Shown: positions 31,071-44,638 of the stretch, piece by piece
How positions within the stretch are numbered: the first letter of the stretch is position 1
How the letters are laid out: each line of letters opens with the position of its first letter
The notes under the pieces: model-generated
Databases searched by the model: none
Seen by the model: only the letters and a program-made list of their open reading frames with translations
What the model was told of the DNA's origin: nothing
NCBI RefSeq assembly: GCF_009914755.1
Contig: NC_060925.1
Reading direction: 5' to 3' (one strand)
DNA from: the human T2T-CHM13v2.0 reference genome, Homo sapiens
DNA: 64,000 bases
Made by a program: the position numbers and the translations under genes

Positions 31071-32398
31071 TCAGAGGCAGAACTCAAATAAGGCGCTTAG
31101 GAGCACAAGCTTTGGAGTTAGACAACTTAGATTTGGATCTCCACTTAGCTGTTCCTTAGCCCCTCTGGAAGCATCAGCTTCCTTGTCTGAGGAACAGGAA
31201 TAATAGCACACCTGCCTCAGAGAGTTCTTGGGAGCATTGACTGAGACAAGCCAGGTAAGGTGCTGAGAACTGAACATATGGAAGTGCCTTATAAATGGTC
31301 TTTGTAATAATTATTATTATCAGAGTGTTACTGTTACTTTTATTGCCAGAGCTGTTTAGCAATAGGTTGTGTGCAGATGGTAGCAAGCACCCCTACTCCT
31401 ACAGATCCGTGTAAGCAGGGGTTCCAAGACTCAGCACTCAGTGAAGATATGGTGAAGTAGATTCAAGCCTTGAGGTGCAAGAAGGACTAAAGAATCTCCA
31501 ATTATTTGGAATGGAGATTCTATGAATTCTGCCACGAGCCAGAAGTGCCCTTCAGAGGAACATCCCCTTCCCATTTCTGGAGTCTGGGGAGCAACATCAT
31601 GTGCCTGATGCTCCTGTTTCCAATGAGAGTTACCAAGCCAATCGTTGGGAATAGCCTGGCCTTTGTCCAGCACAGATGAGCAGAGACTGCTCATTTCTTG
31701 GCAGTGACCACCAAAGGTGATGAGAACAAAGCACTCAGTGAGGGCCATAGCTCTGCCCACATGAGGTGTGACAATGAGCCAATAAACACCTCTGGGGTGC
31801 ACTGAAGCAAATGCAGACCGTGAGTATCGAGCAAAATAAACTGGCTGCTGAAGGCCCTGCTGGCAGGGGTTCCCTGTGTTCCATGCATATCTGTGGAAAG
31901 CTCAGGGCTTAGCCCAAGTCTAAAGTTGAAGGGGCTCCTGGTAGCAACCTGGAGGAGGGTGGATTAACAAGGGGATGGGTTGGGGTGGGTGAGGGCATGT
32001 GCACCCTGAGTGGAGGGGGTTATGGAGGACCATGTTTTCTGGACCAGGCTTGCAGATGTGTACCCAGCCAGCCCTCATCCATGCAGGTCTGAGTCCTAGA
32101 GATGTGAGCAGTAGAAAGAAGCTATAATGTGGTTTGCAGAGAGGATATCAGTGAGACATGGGAGTTCGGGGCAGCCTTCTTAGGGCTCATCACAAAGTGC
32201 AGCTGCCTGCACGTGGACTTGTGCCATGTGCCTGTGGAAGGAAAATATTCTCCCCACTTCATCAGGACAACTTACGCATGGGTATGAGGGTGGCCAAGGA
32301 CAATTTCAGGACCATCAACAGGATACTGCACCTATGGTGACAAGCAAACCTGCAGCAATATTGCTTTGCTCATTAATGAATTAGCTAGTTAATTAATT

Positions 32399-32769
32399 TG
32401 ATATGGTTTGGCTGTGTCTCCACTCAAATCTCATCTTGAATTGTAGTTTCCGTAATCCCCACATATTGTAGGAGGGACCCAGTGGGAGGTAATTCAGTCA
32501 TGGAAGTTGTTACCCTGTGCTGCTTTTCTTGTGATAGTGAGTTCTCACAAGATCTGATGGTTTTATAAGGGCTTTTCCCCCTTTTTCTCAGCACTTTCCT
32601 TCCTGCCAACGTGTGAAGAAGGACGTATTTGCTTCCCCATCCACCATGATTGTAAGTTTCCTAAGGCCTCCCAGCCCTGCAGAACTGTGAGTCAATTAAA
32701 CCTCTTTCCTTTATAAATTACCCAGTATCTGGCAGTTCTTTATAGGAGCATGAGAATAAACTAATACAT
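32399..32769 (+). mobile_element. THE1/MSTA-like solo LTR
   Basis: tgatatggtttggctgtgtctccactcaaatctcatcttgaattgtag...ctaataca. Confidence 0.92.
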
Positions 32770-32798
32770 AATTAGGTGATATTTTACTGATTACCTAG

Positions 32799-32870
32799 TG
32801 TGATGGTGAATTTTATGTGTCAACTTGACTGGCCTGCAGGATGCCTAGACCTTTGGTCAAACATTATTCT

Positions 32871-32918
<48 letters not shown>

Positions 32919-33331
32919 CTAGGTGAAATTAACATTTCAATTGATAGACTGAGTAAAGCAGACTGCCCTCCCTAATGTGAGTGGGCCTCATCCAGTTAGT
33001 TGAAAATGTACATAGAACAAAGAGGTTGGGTAAGAGAGAACTTCTGCTACCTGACTGCATGAGCTGGAACACTGGTGGTCTCCTGCCCTTGGACTGGAAC
33101 TTACACCGTCAGCTCTCCTGGTTCTCAGGCCTTTAGACTCAAACTGGAACTACACCACTGGCACTCCTGGGTCTCCAGCTTGCCAACTGCTCATCCTGGG
33201 ACTTCTAAGTATCCATAATTGTGTGAGCTCATTCAGTATAATACATCTCTTTATATGCGTGTGTGTGTACATATATGTGTGTGTGTGTGTCTTCTATTCA
33301 TTCTGTTTCTCTAGTGAACCCTGACTAAATA
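32799..33331 (+). mobile_element. ERVL MLT2 solo LTR containing (GT)22 at 32873-32916
   Basis: tgtgatggtgaattttatgtgtcaacttgactggcc...ttctgtttctctagtgaaccctgactaa. Confidence 0.9.
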
Positions 33332-33613
33332 GTCCTATCATGTGCCAGATGCTCTGTTCTGTGTGCAAACAGTTTCAATCAACAGCCCCTTTAGCAGTGG
33401 ACATCAGAGAAAAAAGAAATAGGTGGACACCACATCAAAGTGACGAAGTTGTTCTTGAATACATGTAAGGCTTTCAGAAATAATTTGAGGAATGAAGATG
33501 ATCAAGAGACTGAGGATCCTAAATAAGATGCAAAGGCCAGAGGCAGTAAAAGACAGGTTAATTACTCTTAATGGGAATGCATTTAAAACCCCAGGATGCT
33601 GAGGGTTGGAGAA

Positions 33614-33648
<35 letters not shown>

Positions 33649-33661
33649 TGTGTGTGTGTGT
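33614..33661. repeat. Interrupted (GT)n microsatellite
   Basis: Direct read. Confidence 0.95.
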
Positions 33662-35120
33662 ATCTGTCGTCTGCAGTTGGGAACTGAACCCAGACAACTA
33701 GATGCCAGATCCTATTCACAAACATCAACACTACATACCACCTTTAAGAAAAGTGAAGACCACAGGCTTGGATTTTCAGCAAAGGATGAGAAAATGTGTT
33801 GTCATGTACTGTTTGTATATGCATGTCTTTCATATGTGCACAGAATGTGTATAGGTACATTCACACAAACACAGACACACAGAGAGTTTTTAGGTTTCTT
33901 CAGGAATTGAGTCTTTGATCAAAACAGAGTCCCAGGCTTCAGGCCTGGTGAATCCTGAGTTTACTGTGACCCATCAGAGAGAGCCCATGTGGGGAGAGTG
34001 CTGTCCTGGGTGCCAATCACGCCTCTGCAGGCAAGATGAGTGCAGGGCTCCCCAGCCAAGGTGTGTGTAGGGTTTCTTCCTGTTTGATAAGGATGCCTTG
34101 TTCTCATTGGGTCCCCTGGAATAGACCTGAACTCAGGGCCACACTTGCATGGACAGAAAGCGCAGGCATCAGGGCCTGCTGGTGTGGGGAGTCTCCGTGG
34201 CCCCCAGGGCGCACAACCATTGCAAAGGCTGCTGCCTTTATCTCTTGCCAAATCTCTGAAGCTCCTGAGTCAGGAATTCTCAGGCCTTTTCATGCTCTGT
34301 CCATTGTTTTGACCTGCCTTCCTGGGCCAATTGTGGACTTTATTTATCCTACAAACACTCTCAGTGGACCTATCACAGACCAAGGACTTGTATTTGGCAT
34401 GAAGAATTCAGACATAAACAAGACATGGACCTTTTCATAGAGCCCTGGAAATCTGTCCACTTTTTTAAATCATAAGAAAGCAGGAAGGCAGAGGACTGGG
34501 GAATTCAACACTAACCTTCATCCATTCATAGGCAACTGATTATTTCCTGAAGTTGGATTTTTGGAGTGATCATTAATTTTACCTTGTTCTGCCCTCCTAT
34601 AAGTAAGTTTGGAACCAACCAAGAAATAAAGCAGAGGACATAGATAGAAATCAAAATATCAAGATATCATCTCTGAAGGTGATTTGAAGAGCATGGCTTT
34701 AGATCTTATGGCCACAGTGGGCTTCCCAGCACTTCACTTCAGGTTCCAATTTACCCATCCAGTAAATGGGCTGACCACAGTGTGCCTGTTTCCAGGGCAG
34801 GGCTTGTCCTGGAAAACTTGCCACATGATACTTGGTCCTGAATGCATCCTTCCTGAAGGTGGGTCCCAGAAAACCCAGAAAAGGCTGAGCTGAGCATGCC
34901 TGTTGTGATGTATCTGAAACAGGCCCATCAGATACATCACTCCTCCTCTGGGGACTAGTTCGTGAAGCTGCATGAATACCGGAGTGTCACTTCTGCTGCC
35001 ATCTCTTCCCTTAAGAACATGGGGCACAGGAGAAGGAGATTCCTCCCAACACCTGATATGTGTACCCATGTTTTAGGTTGCTGGTAATAAGAAAATAAAC
35101 TTAGGATGCACAGGCTTCTG

Positions 35121-35134
35121 GTTGCCATGGAGAC
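35121..35134. promoter_or_regulatory. RFX X-box motif
   Basis: GTTGCCATGGAGAC vs palindromic consensus GTTGCCATGGCAAC. Confidence 0.45.
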
Positions 35135-35713
35135 CACAACAGAAAGAGCACTGGACCTGGTGTCCAGATGTCTTAAGTTTAAATCCTGACTTTGTCACTT
35201 ACTAACCAGGCCACCTTGAGCAAATCATCTTAGCTCTCCAGGACTCAGGTCTGTCCTCTGAGAAATACCGATACTGATGCTGAGTCTGTGGCAGAGGGTT
35301 ATCAGAGGACAAAATTTGAGCTTGGATATGGACAGGAGGGATTGTGCTTATTGTTATTTCTGATGTCGCCTGGCCTCGGTGTTCTTGTCCCTGAGGGGAA
35401 AAATACAGTGTATGAGCCTGCCTTATAGTCAAACCTAACCTGGATCTCATCTTGAGGCTCAGACATTGTGGAACTACTTTAATAAAGGAGGTAACTTCTA
35501 ACCACAAGACCTGTTGGAACTCCTATGTTTCAGAAGGTTCATCATGAGCCTGTCCAAGACCAGTTCAGAGAACTGGACACTGAAGATTCTCCATCTTTCC
35601 AACAACCTCTAAGTCCTTGAGTAGCTCAGGGGAGATTTTGCATCATACTAATGTACTTTCTCTGTCTTCTGGTCAGCTATACCACACTATACTACATTAT
35701 ACAGACGCACAAA

Positions 35714-35738
35714 CACACACACACACACACACACACAC
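35714..35738. repeat. (CA)n microsatellite
   Basis: Direct read. Confidence 0.92.
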
Positions 35739-35984
35739 CAGAGAATCCATCTCAACTCTAATGGCTTAGTTGTTTTTCAAGTAGAGAGAGAATTTATAAA
35801 CAACTCCTCAGAAGTTAAAGGAGAGAAAGAAAAAAATCTTGTATCCTGCTCAGAATGGATTAAAAAAAAAAAACTCTAAGAGTCAAGCTTTCTCTTCCCC
35901 TGAGATACGATTATGATTTTTCTCTTCTTTTCTCTCAACAGTTTCAAGTGCATTAAATTCCCAGTGTGGAGCTCGTTGGTGCTG

Positions 35985-36376
35985 CGTGCTTCTGTCCGGT
36001 TCTCCTTCCAGGCACAGAATGGGCTGCATTTCCTGGCTCCTTGTGGCTGGATGCAGCTGGGTGACTAGTTCTGGTCAATGAGTTGTCAGCAGAGGCAACA
36101 CATGTTGCCTCTAGGCCAGAGCATTTAACTGTTTAGCTGCCATTGTGAGTCCTCCAGAGTGCACACTCTCTCCTCCGGTGTTGTGGCTGCGAGGTTCAAG
36201 ATGGTAGCTGCTATACCAGCAGACCATGTCTCTCATAGAGAGGCAAAGGGCACAGCCTCCCGCTGACCCATGAGCAATATGTACTTGAGCAAGAAAGCAA
36301 CCTTCACTGTCGTAACATGTTAGAATTAGAGAGTTGTTTGTAATTGCAGCTTAACCTAGCCTATCTTGTCTGATAT
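35985..36376 (+). mobile_element. Old MaLR LTR (MLT1I/J-like)
   Basis: gtgactagttctggtcaatgag...ttgtttgtaattgcagcttaacctagcctatcttg. Confidence 0.7.
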
Positions 36377-37499
36377 GCCCATAATAAATGAAAAAATACA
36401 TATTCAGACCAAGTGTCCTGACATTGTTTATAGGTCCTAGAGAATCCAACTTGGCCATAAATGGCACCAATTTGTGGGAGACTGAAAATAACAAGTTCTG
36501 CAGTGTCTACTTTCATGGCCTGGTTTAAAGAGAAGAACATGCTTCCCAGAGAACGGGTTTAGCCTTTGCATTAAACATCAGGCTGCTTCCTCTACCGCAT
36601 GGCAGGTTTTCATCTCCTCTGAATAATTTTTTAGCAACTTGAGAAACTGCAATCCAAACATATAGTATTTTTGGCTGGAAATTAAAACACGTCACTTTTA
36701 AAACATAAGCAGCATGCCCTGAATGTTTATGGTAAAAAGCTCACTCCTGGCCAGACTGCAAAGCTCACATTACCGAGAGGCAAACCCTGGAACATGCTAG
36801 CAGTTTGCATCCCAGTTCGTCCTTCCTACACAGTGCAATGACTGTGAATCATGTCTCCTCTGGCACATGAACTCCCAGGCTTTCTGACTCCTTCCATATC
36901 AAAGAGCGACTGGCTAGAATTTCCCCTTGCTGTAAAGGGACAGCCATAGAAATGAGAAGACAGGTTTCTGTCCACCATACTGCCCTTGTGATAAGCCAAA
37001 GATATCCATTCAAATCAAATTTCCAATGACACTGCACTGAAGGTGCTGGCCATGAAGCCCTCTGTTGAGGGGAGTCACCTTTTGGCTCCGTGCACACATT
37101 TATTTATTTCATTTATTCATATGTTCATTTGTTAATGCCTACAAGGAGGAAGTATCAGTGAAAGATGTTGTGAGGGACCCAAAGACAAAGATAATCTTTG
37201 ACTCTTAGAGGCCTGCAGCTTAACATTTGAAGCATTTGGTAATACAGGTCAAAAGAGAGACACAACATATTCTGAGAATTTAGATGAAGGAGATGCAGCA
37301 GGGAGTTCATGAAAGAAAAGGGCATGAAATGAACAATTTTGACTGCATATTATCTACCTTATTTTATTCCATTTCTACCATACTTTCATGAGGTGGTAAT
37401 TTATATATTAGGTGAAGAAACTAAGCCTCAAATATTAAGGTCAGAAAACTGTTAGTTGGAAGAGTTATATTTCACACACAGGCTAGTCTGATCCCAAAA

Positions 37500-38150
37500 C
37501 CGATGTCAAGTAACTTCACCTCTCTGAGCCACGACTTACCCATCTATAAAATGGAAATCGAATAAAAGTACTGATCTCACAGAGTTGTTTTGAGGATGAA
37601 ATGGGATAACCTATGAAAATTAAGTTCTTTGTCTGGCACACGGTAAGCACCCAGTAAGTGTTTGTCAGGATATTCTTATTGTGCACCTGCTGTATTGGAA
37701 ACCCTTACTCAGTACTTCATAAAATTATTCTTATCATCTTCCCTTTAAGGATAAGGAGAGTGAATCTTAGGTAAATTAAGGAACTTGTCCAAGGTCACCT
37801 AACTGGTAAATAAGAGTGCTGAAAGTAGGACTGAGGTCTGCCTGATTTGGAACATCAATGCCCTTTCCGTCATGCCAAGGTGTCTTCCAAGGCCAATTCA
37901 GAAGACTAAAAGCCTCCCAGGAGTGAATGAATAGTGTTCATCAATGCATTACATATTATACAGTGCTCATGAGTGGAGGCTTTGCATTGCCCAGGTAGCT
38001 TCACATTTTAGTAATCCTATGACCTTGAGCAAGCTATTTAACCTCTCTGAGCTCCTCATAAGGCTGATGTGAGGACTAAACAAGATAATGCATATGAAGC
38101 GTTTAGCAAGATGCCTGGCACATAGACAGATCTCAATGAATGTGAATGTT
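37500..38150. mobile_element. Cluster of MIR fragments (both orientations)
   Basis: Core motifs cctctctgagcc..ccatctataaaatgg; aacttgtccaaggtcac; gaccttgagcaag. Confidence 0.75.
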
Positions 38151-38219
38151 GATGATAACAGTGATGATGATGATGATGATGTTGATGGTGATGTTGATGA
38201 TGGTGGTGATGATGATGAC
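38148..38219. repeat. Imperfect (GAT)n repeat
   Basis: gatgatgatgatgatgttgatggtgat... at a MIR 3' end. Confidence 0.9.
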
Positions 38220-39594
38220 AATGGCTCTGGCATCACTGACCTCGCCTGTGTGATAGTGCACCCATGGAAGCTGTCACTAAAGAGAGGGAAAGGTAGTTGC
38301 TCCAAGATTATTGCCTTGGCCAGCACACACTTCTGGTTAATCAAAGAATGTTCAGGATGCAACAAGTTAAGGAACTATGGAGAATTGTGATCCCTAACAG
38401 AATTAGTGCACTAAGAAAATGTATTCTCAAGACATTTACTCTTTATGTGACTTTTTCAAATGTTGGTTGGCGATGAAGCCAGAATTCTCTTATCAAAATG
38501 AAATCTGTAGAATACAATTTTCAGCTCAAACAATGTGGTTTATACAAAGTGCCACCCTTGCAAGTCAGATGAGGAAATATAAAACTGTTCAAGAATGGAT
38601 ATATTGTTTGCACACAAAAGGCCCTGTGAATCCATGTTTCATGCCAGGCCTCATTTGGCATCTTCAGTAAAGGGGAAAAACTCTCTCTTCTCCAGAGGAA
38701 ACCCCAACGGAGACCTCAGCACCATATTAGCTGAATCCTGTGCTCCTTGCAAAATGTCAAAAGACCACACAAAGTGCCAGAAGTCCTACCTCTTTGCTCG
38801 GTGGGACTCCAGGTTCCTGGAAGGCAGAAACCTAGCATTTATCACCATTGGTCCTTTTTGTTAGACTGAGATGACTCTGGACTACTTCCCTCAGTGGTGG
38901 ATTCCATGCTACAGAAATCCATTGAGAGCCCACTAAATGCTGCTCTAGGCACCATGAGGAGTACACAGGTGAGTTAAGATTCAGCCTTGACCTCAATGTG
39001 CTTGCCATCTAATAGTGTGGGGAAAAGGCAAGTCCGTGAAGGCAAGGCAAATTTTTACTGTCACAAGATAATCATCTATGCAGCCAACAGTCTTTCATCA
39101 TTTCTTCACAGTGTGCCTGCTGTGTCAGGCTCAGTGCTAAGCTTGGAGGAGGGAAAAGCAAGAAGGCACATTTCCTGGCCTTAGGAGGATCAGAGTCCAA
39201 GTGCTTTAGGAACTCAGCTGAATGAGAGACAGCATCTAATTGGGAACCAGAAAAGAGTTCTGGGAGGTCTTAGAAGACTGGTAAAATTCAACACATGGAC
39301 ATGGGGGACCATCCAAGGACCAGGACCCAAAGTCACAAGTCAAGGTCTGATGGGTGGGTTGTAATCATTGACTGCTCCATGGGTTTGTTACCTACCACTG
39401 AGCCTGTAGCCACTGCAGACCACTGTGGACATCTGGGGGCTGATCAGCATTCAGTGCTCCCGTCCCTTTAACTCCTTTGTTTCCCATGAGAATTCTCCCT
39501 TGTATGAAGACTTGATTGGGAAAAGGACAAAGCTCCCTCCAAGGATGTAGAATGGGCTTCATCCTCCCTTTCCCTGCTCAGGCTCCGCCCCTCT

Positions 39595-40460
39595 GGAAAG
39601 GCCTTTCTGAGGAAGTAGCATTTGAAGGATTTCAACCAAGTTGAGAACAGGAAGAAGAGTCTTCCAGGGTGAAGAAACAGCAGGTCAAATGCCCTGAGGC
39701 ATGAATGGGTTTGGCGAGTTCAAGGAACCCAGAGTATAGGATGAACAGTAGAGGTGACAGTAGACAGAGAGCGGAGATGGGCTGGGACCAGATCCTGTAA
39801 GCTTGGAGGCTATTGCAAGGGATTTGGAGTTTATTCTTAAGCTGCTAGAGGGCTGGAAGCAGAGGGGCAGTGGGGTACTCTAATTTTTAAAATATTCTTC
39901 CTGCTGCTGAGTAGAGAATGGACTGTGGAGAGGCAAGACAGGAAGGAGAGAAACCAGCTAGGGCTATTGCTGTGGCCTGGGGATGAGACGGTAACAGCCA
40001 TCAGTGACACTGGAGAGAAGGAGATAGACTTGGAATATAATTTGCAAGGTTAACTTCCACTGGACGTGTGTTCTGATGTCACAGGCAAGGAAAAGAAGAA
40101 TCCAGGGTGACTCCTGGGTTTGCAGGTTGCACAGCTGATAGTGCTACTTAATGAGTAATAGTGGGCAAAAGATAAAGCTATTACTGGGGACATCACAAGG
40201 AAGGCCATGTTTTGCTAGGAAAAAAACCCAGTGTTTTGTTCTGAGCATTTAAGGTACCCAGGTAGAGACATTAAGCAGAGAGTTTTGATATGATTCTGGC
40301 ATTGGGTGTACAGGAAATGGTTATAGATACAAATGTTGATGTGCTTAGCACACAGATGGGATGTACAGCCAAGGAATGGATTGAGGTCACCTAAGGAGGG
40401 AAATAGAGTAAGAAGGTCCAAGGACTGAGCCTCAGGGTGTTCCAACAAGCCCTTTAGAAC
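39595..40460 (-). mobile_element. L2
   Basis: ggaagaagagtcttccagggtgaagaaacagcaggtcaaatgccctgaggc; gagaatggactgtggagaggcaag. Confidence 0.8.
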
Positions 40461-40479
40461 AAGAAAAATCTGAAATGTG

Positions 40480-41100
40480 CCTGCTCCCTTCACACTTGCA
40501 TGCCCCACTGCATCAGGATAAACTGCAGAGGGAAAAGCCGAACCTGTTAAGACCATTTTTAACCTCATTTGAATACTGTATGTACATAATTAAAAACATT
40601 TGGCCCCAAAGATTAATAACTCCTTTACATCTTCCTTTGACAGTCGCACTGATTTGTCGGGCGGGGCGGGTGGGGTGGGTGCTTTCTGAGTTGATTAACA
40701 CCTCCACGTTGCTTTGAGAAAAGTGTGGGGCGGCGACAGAAAATGCCACATTGCAGATGCCTGACTTGGGGATGGGACTCTGACTTCACGCCTCCCGATA
40801 GAGGCAGAGACTCACTTCTGACGGAGGGAAAGTATTACAAAAATATATATGTAACACATATTCTATTCCTGATTTAGGTCTATAATCTTATGAGCCAGAC
40901 TGTAATGAATAAAGTTATAATTAGCTGTAGATGAAGAACACGCAGCCGTGTTTTCTAGGGTGCACTTTAGGGCTCCAGTCCAATCTGCACATTTACAAGC
41001 TGTGCTATTTGCATTGACTTCCACAGACTCCACTCCGAGACAGAAGAGGCTGCATTATTGATTACAGCGTGTGCATCCTGCTTAGCTCTCTACTACACCC
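40480..41100. promoter_or_regulatory. Candidate enhancer (repeat-poor, homeodomain/TCF/GC-box motifs)
   Basis: TAATTA at 40587 and 40918; CCTTTGACAG at 40634; GC-box/G-run 40659-40679; retained CpGs. Confidence 0.4.
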
Positions 41101-41544
41101 TGTGGGGTGTGGAAATGCAGGAGGAGGGAACAGCCAGGAAATCCGGAAAACACTACCCCATCCTCACAGAATAGTTCTCCAAATAGCAGCATCAACGTTT
41201 AATCTACGCCAGAAAACCTCTGGCATTTCCCCCCAATGAGATCTACCAGCTTGGACTAAATGGATGTAAATTAACTGTATGAGTGACTGAGACATGAGCT
41301 GTGTGACCTTAGGCAAGTCACTTCCCCTCTCTGGGCCCTGGGTTTCTATCTTTGAAATGAGAAGTTGGGCTTGAATATCTCCAAGGGCCTTTCCAGCTTC
41401 AGCATTGGAGGATATTTGATTCTATCAAGAGACAATCATATCAGATGGTCACTGGACAAGCTCCTGCAGGACCAAGGCTTACCCCAAGCTGCCGAGGAGC
41501 CTAGCCCCCCATACACCTTCTCCATGTGTTTGATGTGGTATGAA

Positions 41545-41748
41545 GTAGCATACTGGTAAATGTTTAACAACTGGCTCTCCAGTGGAAAAGCTCTGATTTA
41601 TAGTGTTTTCCAATATCTGTGGTGTAAATACTCCCACTATGGTGAATGTCAACCTACCAACATGATGTCACTGAATACAGAGTCGGGAAAAGATGCACAT
41701 AATTGGCTCTCAGGAGCTGGCACTCCTACCAACTGCAGTGCACCACTC
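41545..41748 (-). mobile_element. hAT-Blackjack relic (MER63-like)
   Basis: ctggtaaatgtttaacaactggctctc...ctgcagtgcaccact. Confidence 0.6.
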
Positions 41749-42059
41749 ATGGTTTGTGTTGGGAGTTAACTGGCAAGTGGCCCCCCGTCTCTTCTCCATT
41801 TCTCCTAGACAAAAGACTTTGAGCAGGAGTCAACACCATTTGTTGCAGGTAGCAGAGAGAGTGACTTTGATCCTCTGGCTAATTCCCCTGCTATGTGGTT
41901 CTTGAGGTGACTTTTGCCTCAGGGTTCTGTCTCATGAGCCAGACATCCATGGTCCAAATTCTGGTTCTGACACTTACCAGCTGTGTGGCCTTGGTCAAGT
42001 GACTTAACGTCTATGTAAAAGATGTAAAGTGGGAATCGTAAACATACCTAGCTCCTAGG

Positions 42060-42363
42060 TGTGTTCGTCAGCTCAGGCTGCCATAAACTGGGTGGCCTAG
42101 ACACCTCAATTGTATTTGCTCACAGTTCTGGAAGCCGAAAGTCTGAGATCAAGGTGGCACCATGGCTGGGTTCTGGTTGAGGGCTACCTTCCTGGCTTGG
42201 ACAGCCACCTTCTTTCTTGCTGTATCTTCATATGGCAGATCAGGGCTACACTGTTAGGACTTCCTTTAATCACTTTATTACGGACCCTACCTACAATACA
42301 GCAACATGGGGAGTTAAGGTTTCAACATATGAATTTTGGGGGACACAATTCAGTTAATAGCAA
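42060..42363 (-). mobile_element. MaLR LTR (MLT1A/MST-like), internally deleted, inside a MIR
   Basis: ctcacagttctggaagccgaaagtctgagatcaaggtg...tttcaacatatgaattttgggggacac. Confidence 0.8.
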
Positions 42364-43185
42364 TAGGGTTGTTACAAAGGTTGAGTTAATAAATGTAAGA
42401 AGCCTGCTACATGGTAAGCACTCAATAGACTTATTAGTTGTTGGTATTTTTTTTTCTAATATAATGTCCTATTTGAGTTTGACCCATGGAGTCAAAGATA
42501 AAAACAAACAAACTAAAATTTTTAAAAAGCAAAACTTTTGTAACTCTAAAATTCAATTTTCTTGCAAGAGCCAAGGGCCCACCCTGAGTCAACAAATGTC
42601 TGATCTGATGGTCAATTCAATCCAACTGTTGGTCTAGAAGCTCTGCGCTTGGATTTTGGATCTGAAGAGCAATATCTGGAAACCCATTAATTTTATCCCC
42701 TTTGGGTATCCATAGCTAGCTAGTAACTAGGCCAGCAGAGGAGCCAGGAGTATTTCCTGTTTCTCTTACCTGCAATTCCAAGATGTCCCACTCCCCAAAC
42801 TGAAAGCCGGACTCCTGGTACCTACCAATCCTTCCAGCTTCTGGGTGAGCCCCTCCCCAGAAAACATCTGAGCCTGCTTCAACTTGTGGCTGCATTCCAC
42901 CCCTGCCCTCCTGACCCTCCATAAATCTACATGTGCCTTAGTAAGGAATAAGGTGAGGAAAAGAGAAGGTTGGATAAGAGGAAAAGTGAAAAAGGAGGGA
43001 AGGGAGTGCCCATTTCTTGAGCACCTTCTGGTTGTCAGACATGATGCCACATGTTTTGTGTTCATCCCAATGCTGATAGAATCTGCCAGCAACCCTCAGA
43101 AGCATTCTACAGACAAGGACACTGACTCTGGGACTGTCACCAATGCACTGGTACACAGCAGGTGAAGGCAGAGGAGCTGGAATTA

Positions 43186-43249
43186 AAGCCCAGTTCCATG
43201 CAACTCCAAACTCCTTCAAGCCCAGTTCCACGCAACTCCAAACTCCTTC
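43186..43249. repeat. 32-bp tandem duplication
   Basis: aagcccagttccaYgcaactccaaactccttc x2, one mismatch. Confidence 0.95.
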
Positions 43250-43298
43250 AACAAGTCCCTATTCTGCCTACAGTGCGCTAATAGAAATAAAAATATGA

Positions 43299-43647
<349 letters not shown>

Positions 43648-43761
43648 TACAGTCCTGGCTTTTGACAACTGAGTCTAGTGGTGAGGTGACCCTGAAAGTT
43701 TTGTTCTAGATATTACCCACTACCCATTATTCACCAACATTCCTTGGAGGTGTAGCCAACT

Positions 43762-44638
43762 CAAAAACAAAAAAGACAAAACAGCCCAATTTGAAAATGG
43801 GGAAAAGACGTGAAAAGCCATTTCTCCAGAAAAGATATACAAATGGCCAAGAAGCACATGAAATGATGCTCAACATCATTAGTCATTAGGGAAATGCAAA
43901 TCAAAACCACACTGAGATGCCACTTCACACCAACTAAGATGTCCATAAAAAATGGTAAATAGTAAGCGCTGATGAGGAAGTGGAGAAACTGGAACCCTTG
44001 TACACTGCTGGTGGGGATGTAAAATGGTACAACCTCTATGGAAGACAGTTTGGTGGTTCCTCAAAAAGTTAAAGATAGAATTTCTGTAAAGTCCAGCAAT
44101 TCTATTTCTAGGTATATACCCAAAATATTTGAAAACAGGCACTCAAATACTTGTACATAAATGTTTATAGCAGCACTATTTGCAATAATGAGAGATGGGA
44201 ACAACCAAAATGTCCATCAGTGTTTGAACAGACAAACAGAATGTGGCATATCCATACAATGGAATATTATTCGGTCATCAGAAGGAATGAAATACAGATA
44301 CGTGCTACAAGGGGGGTGAACCTTGAAAACATTATGCCAAGTGAAGAAGCCAGACACAAATGGTCACATATGGTAAGATTCTATTTATATGAAATATCCA
44401 GAATAGGTAAATCCACAGAAACAAAAAGCAGACCGGTTATTGCCAGGGTCTTGGGGGTGGTGTGGAGGAATAGGAGTGACTGCTAAGGAGCAAAGGGTTT
44501 CCTTTTGAGGCGACAAAAAATGTTTGGAACTTGATATAGATGGTGGTTGCACAATATTGTGAAGGCATTAAATGCCACTCAACTTATGCTTTAAAATGGT
44601 TAATTTTATGTTATATTCTGTTTCAAAATGTTAAAAAG
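43762..44638 (+). mobile_element. L1MB-like 3' end
   Basis: cattagggaaatgcaaatcaaaaccac; catacaatggaatattattc; MB-type 3' UTR. Confidence 0.9.

Noticed and set aside
31491-31521. 10-bp inverted repeat agaatctcca/tggagattct
   Set aside because: About one such stem is expected by chance in 64 kb
38088-38390. Poly-Asp (or poly-Ser on the opposite strand) ORF
   Set aside because: Translation of a (GAT)n repeat at a MIR tail
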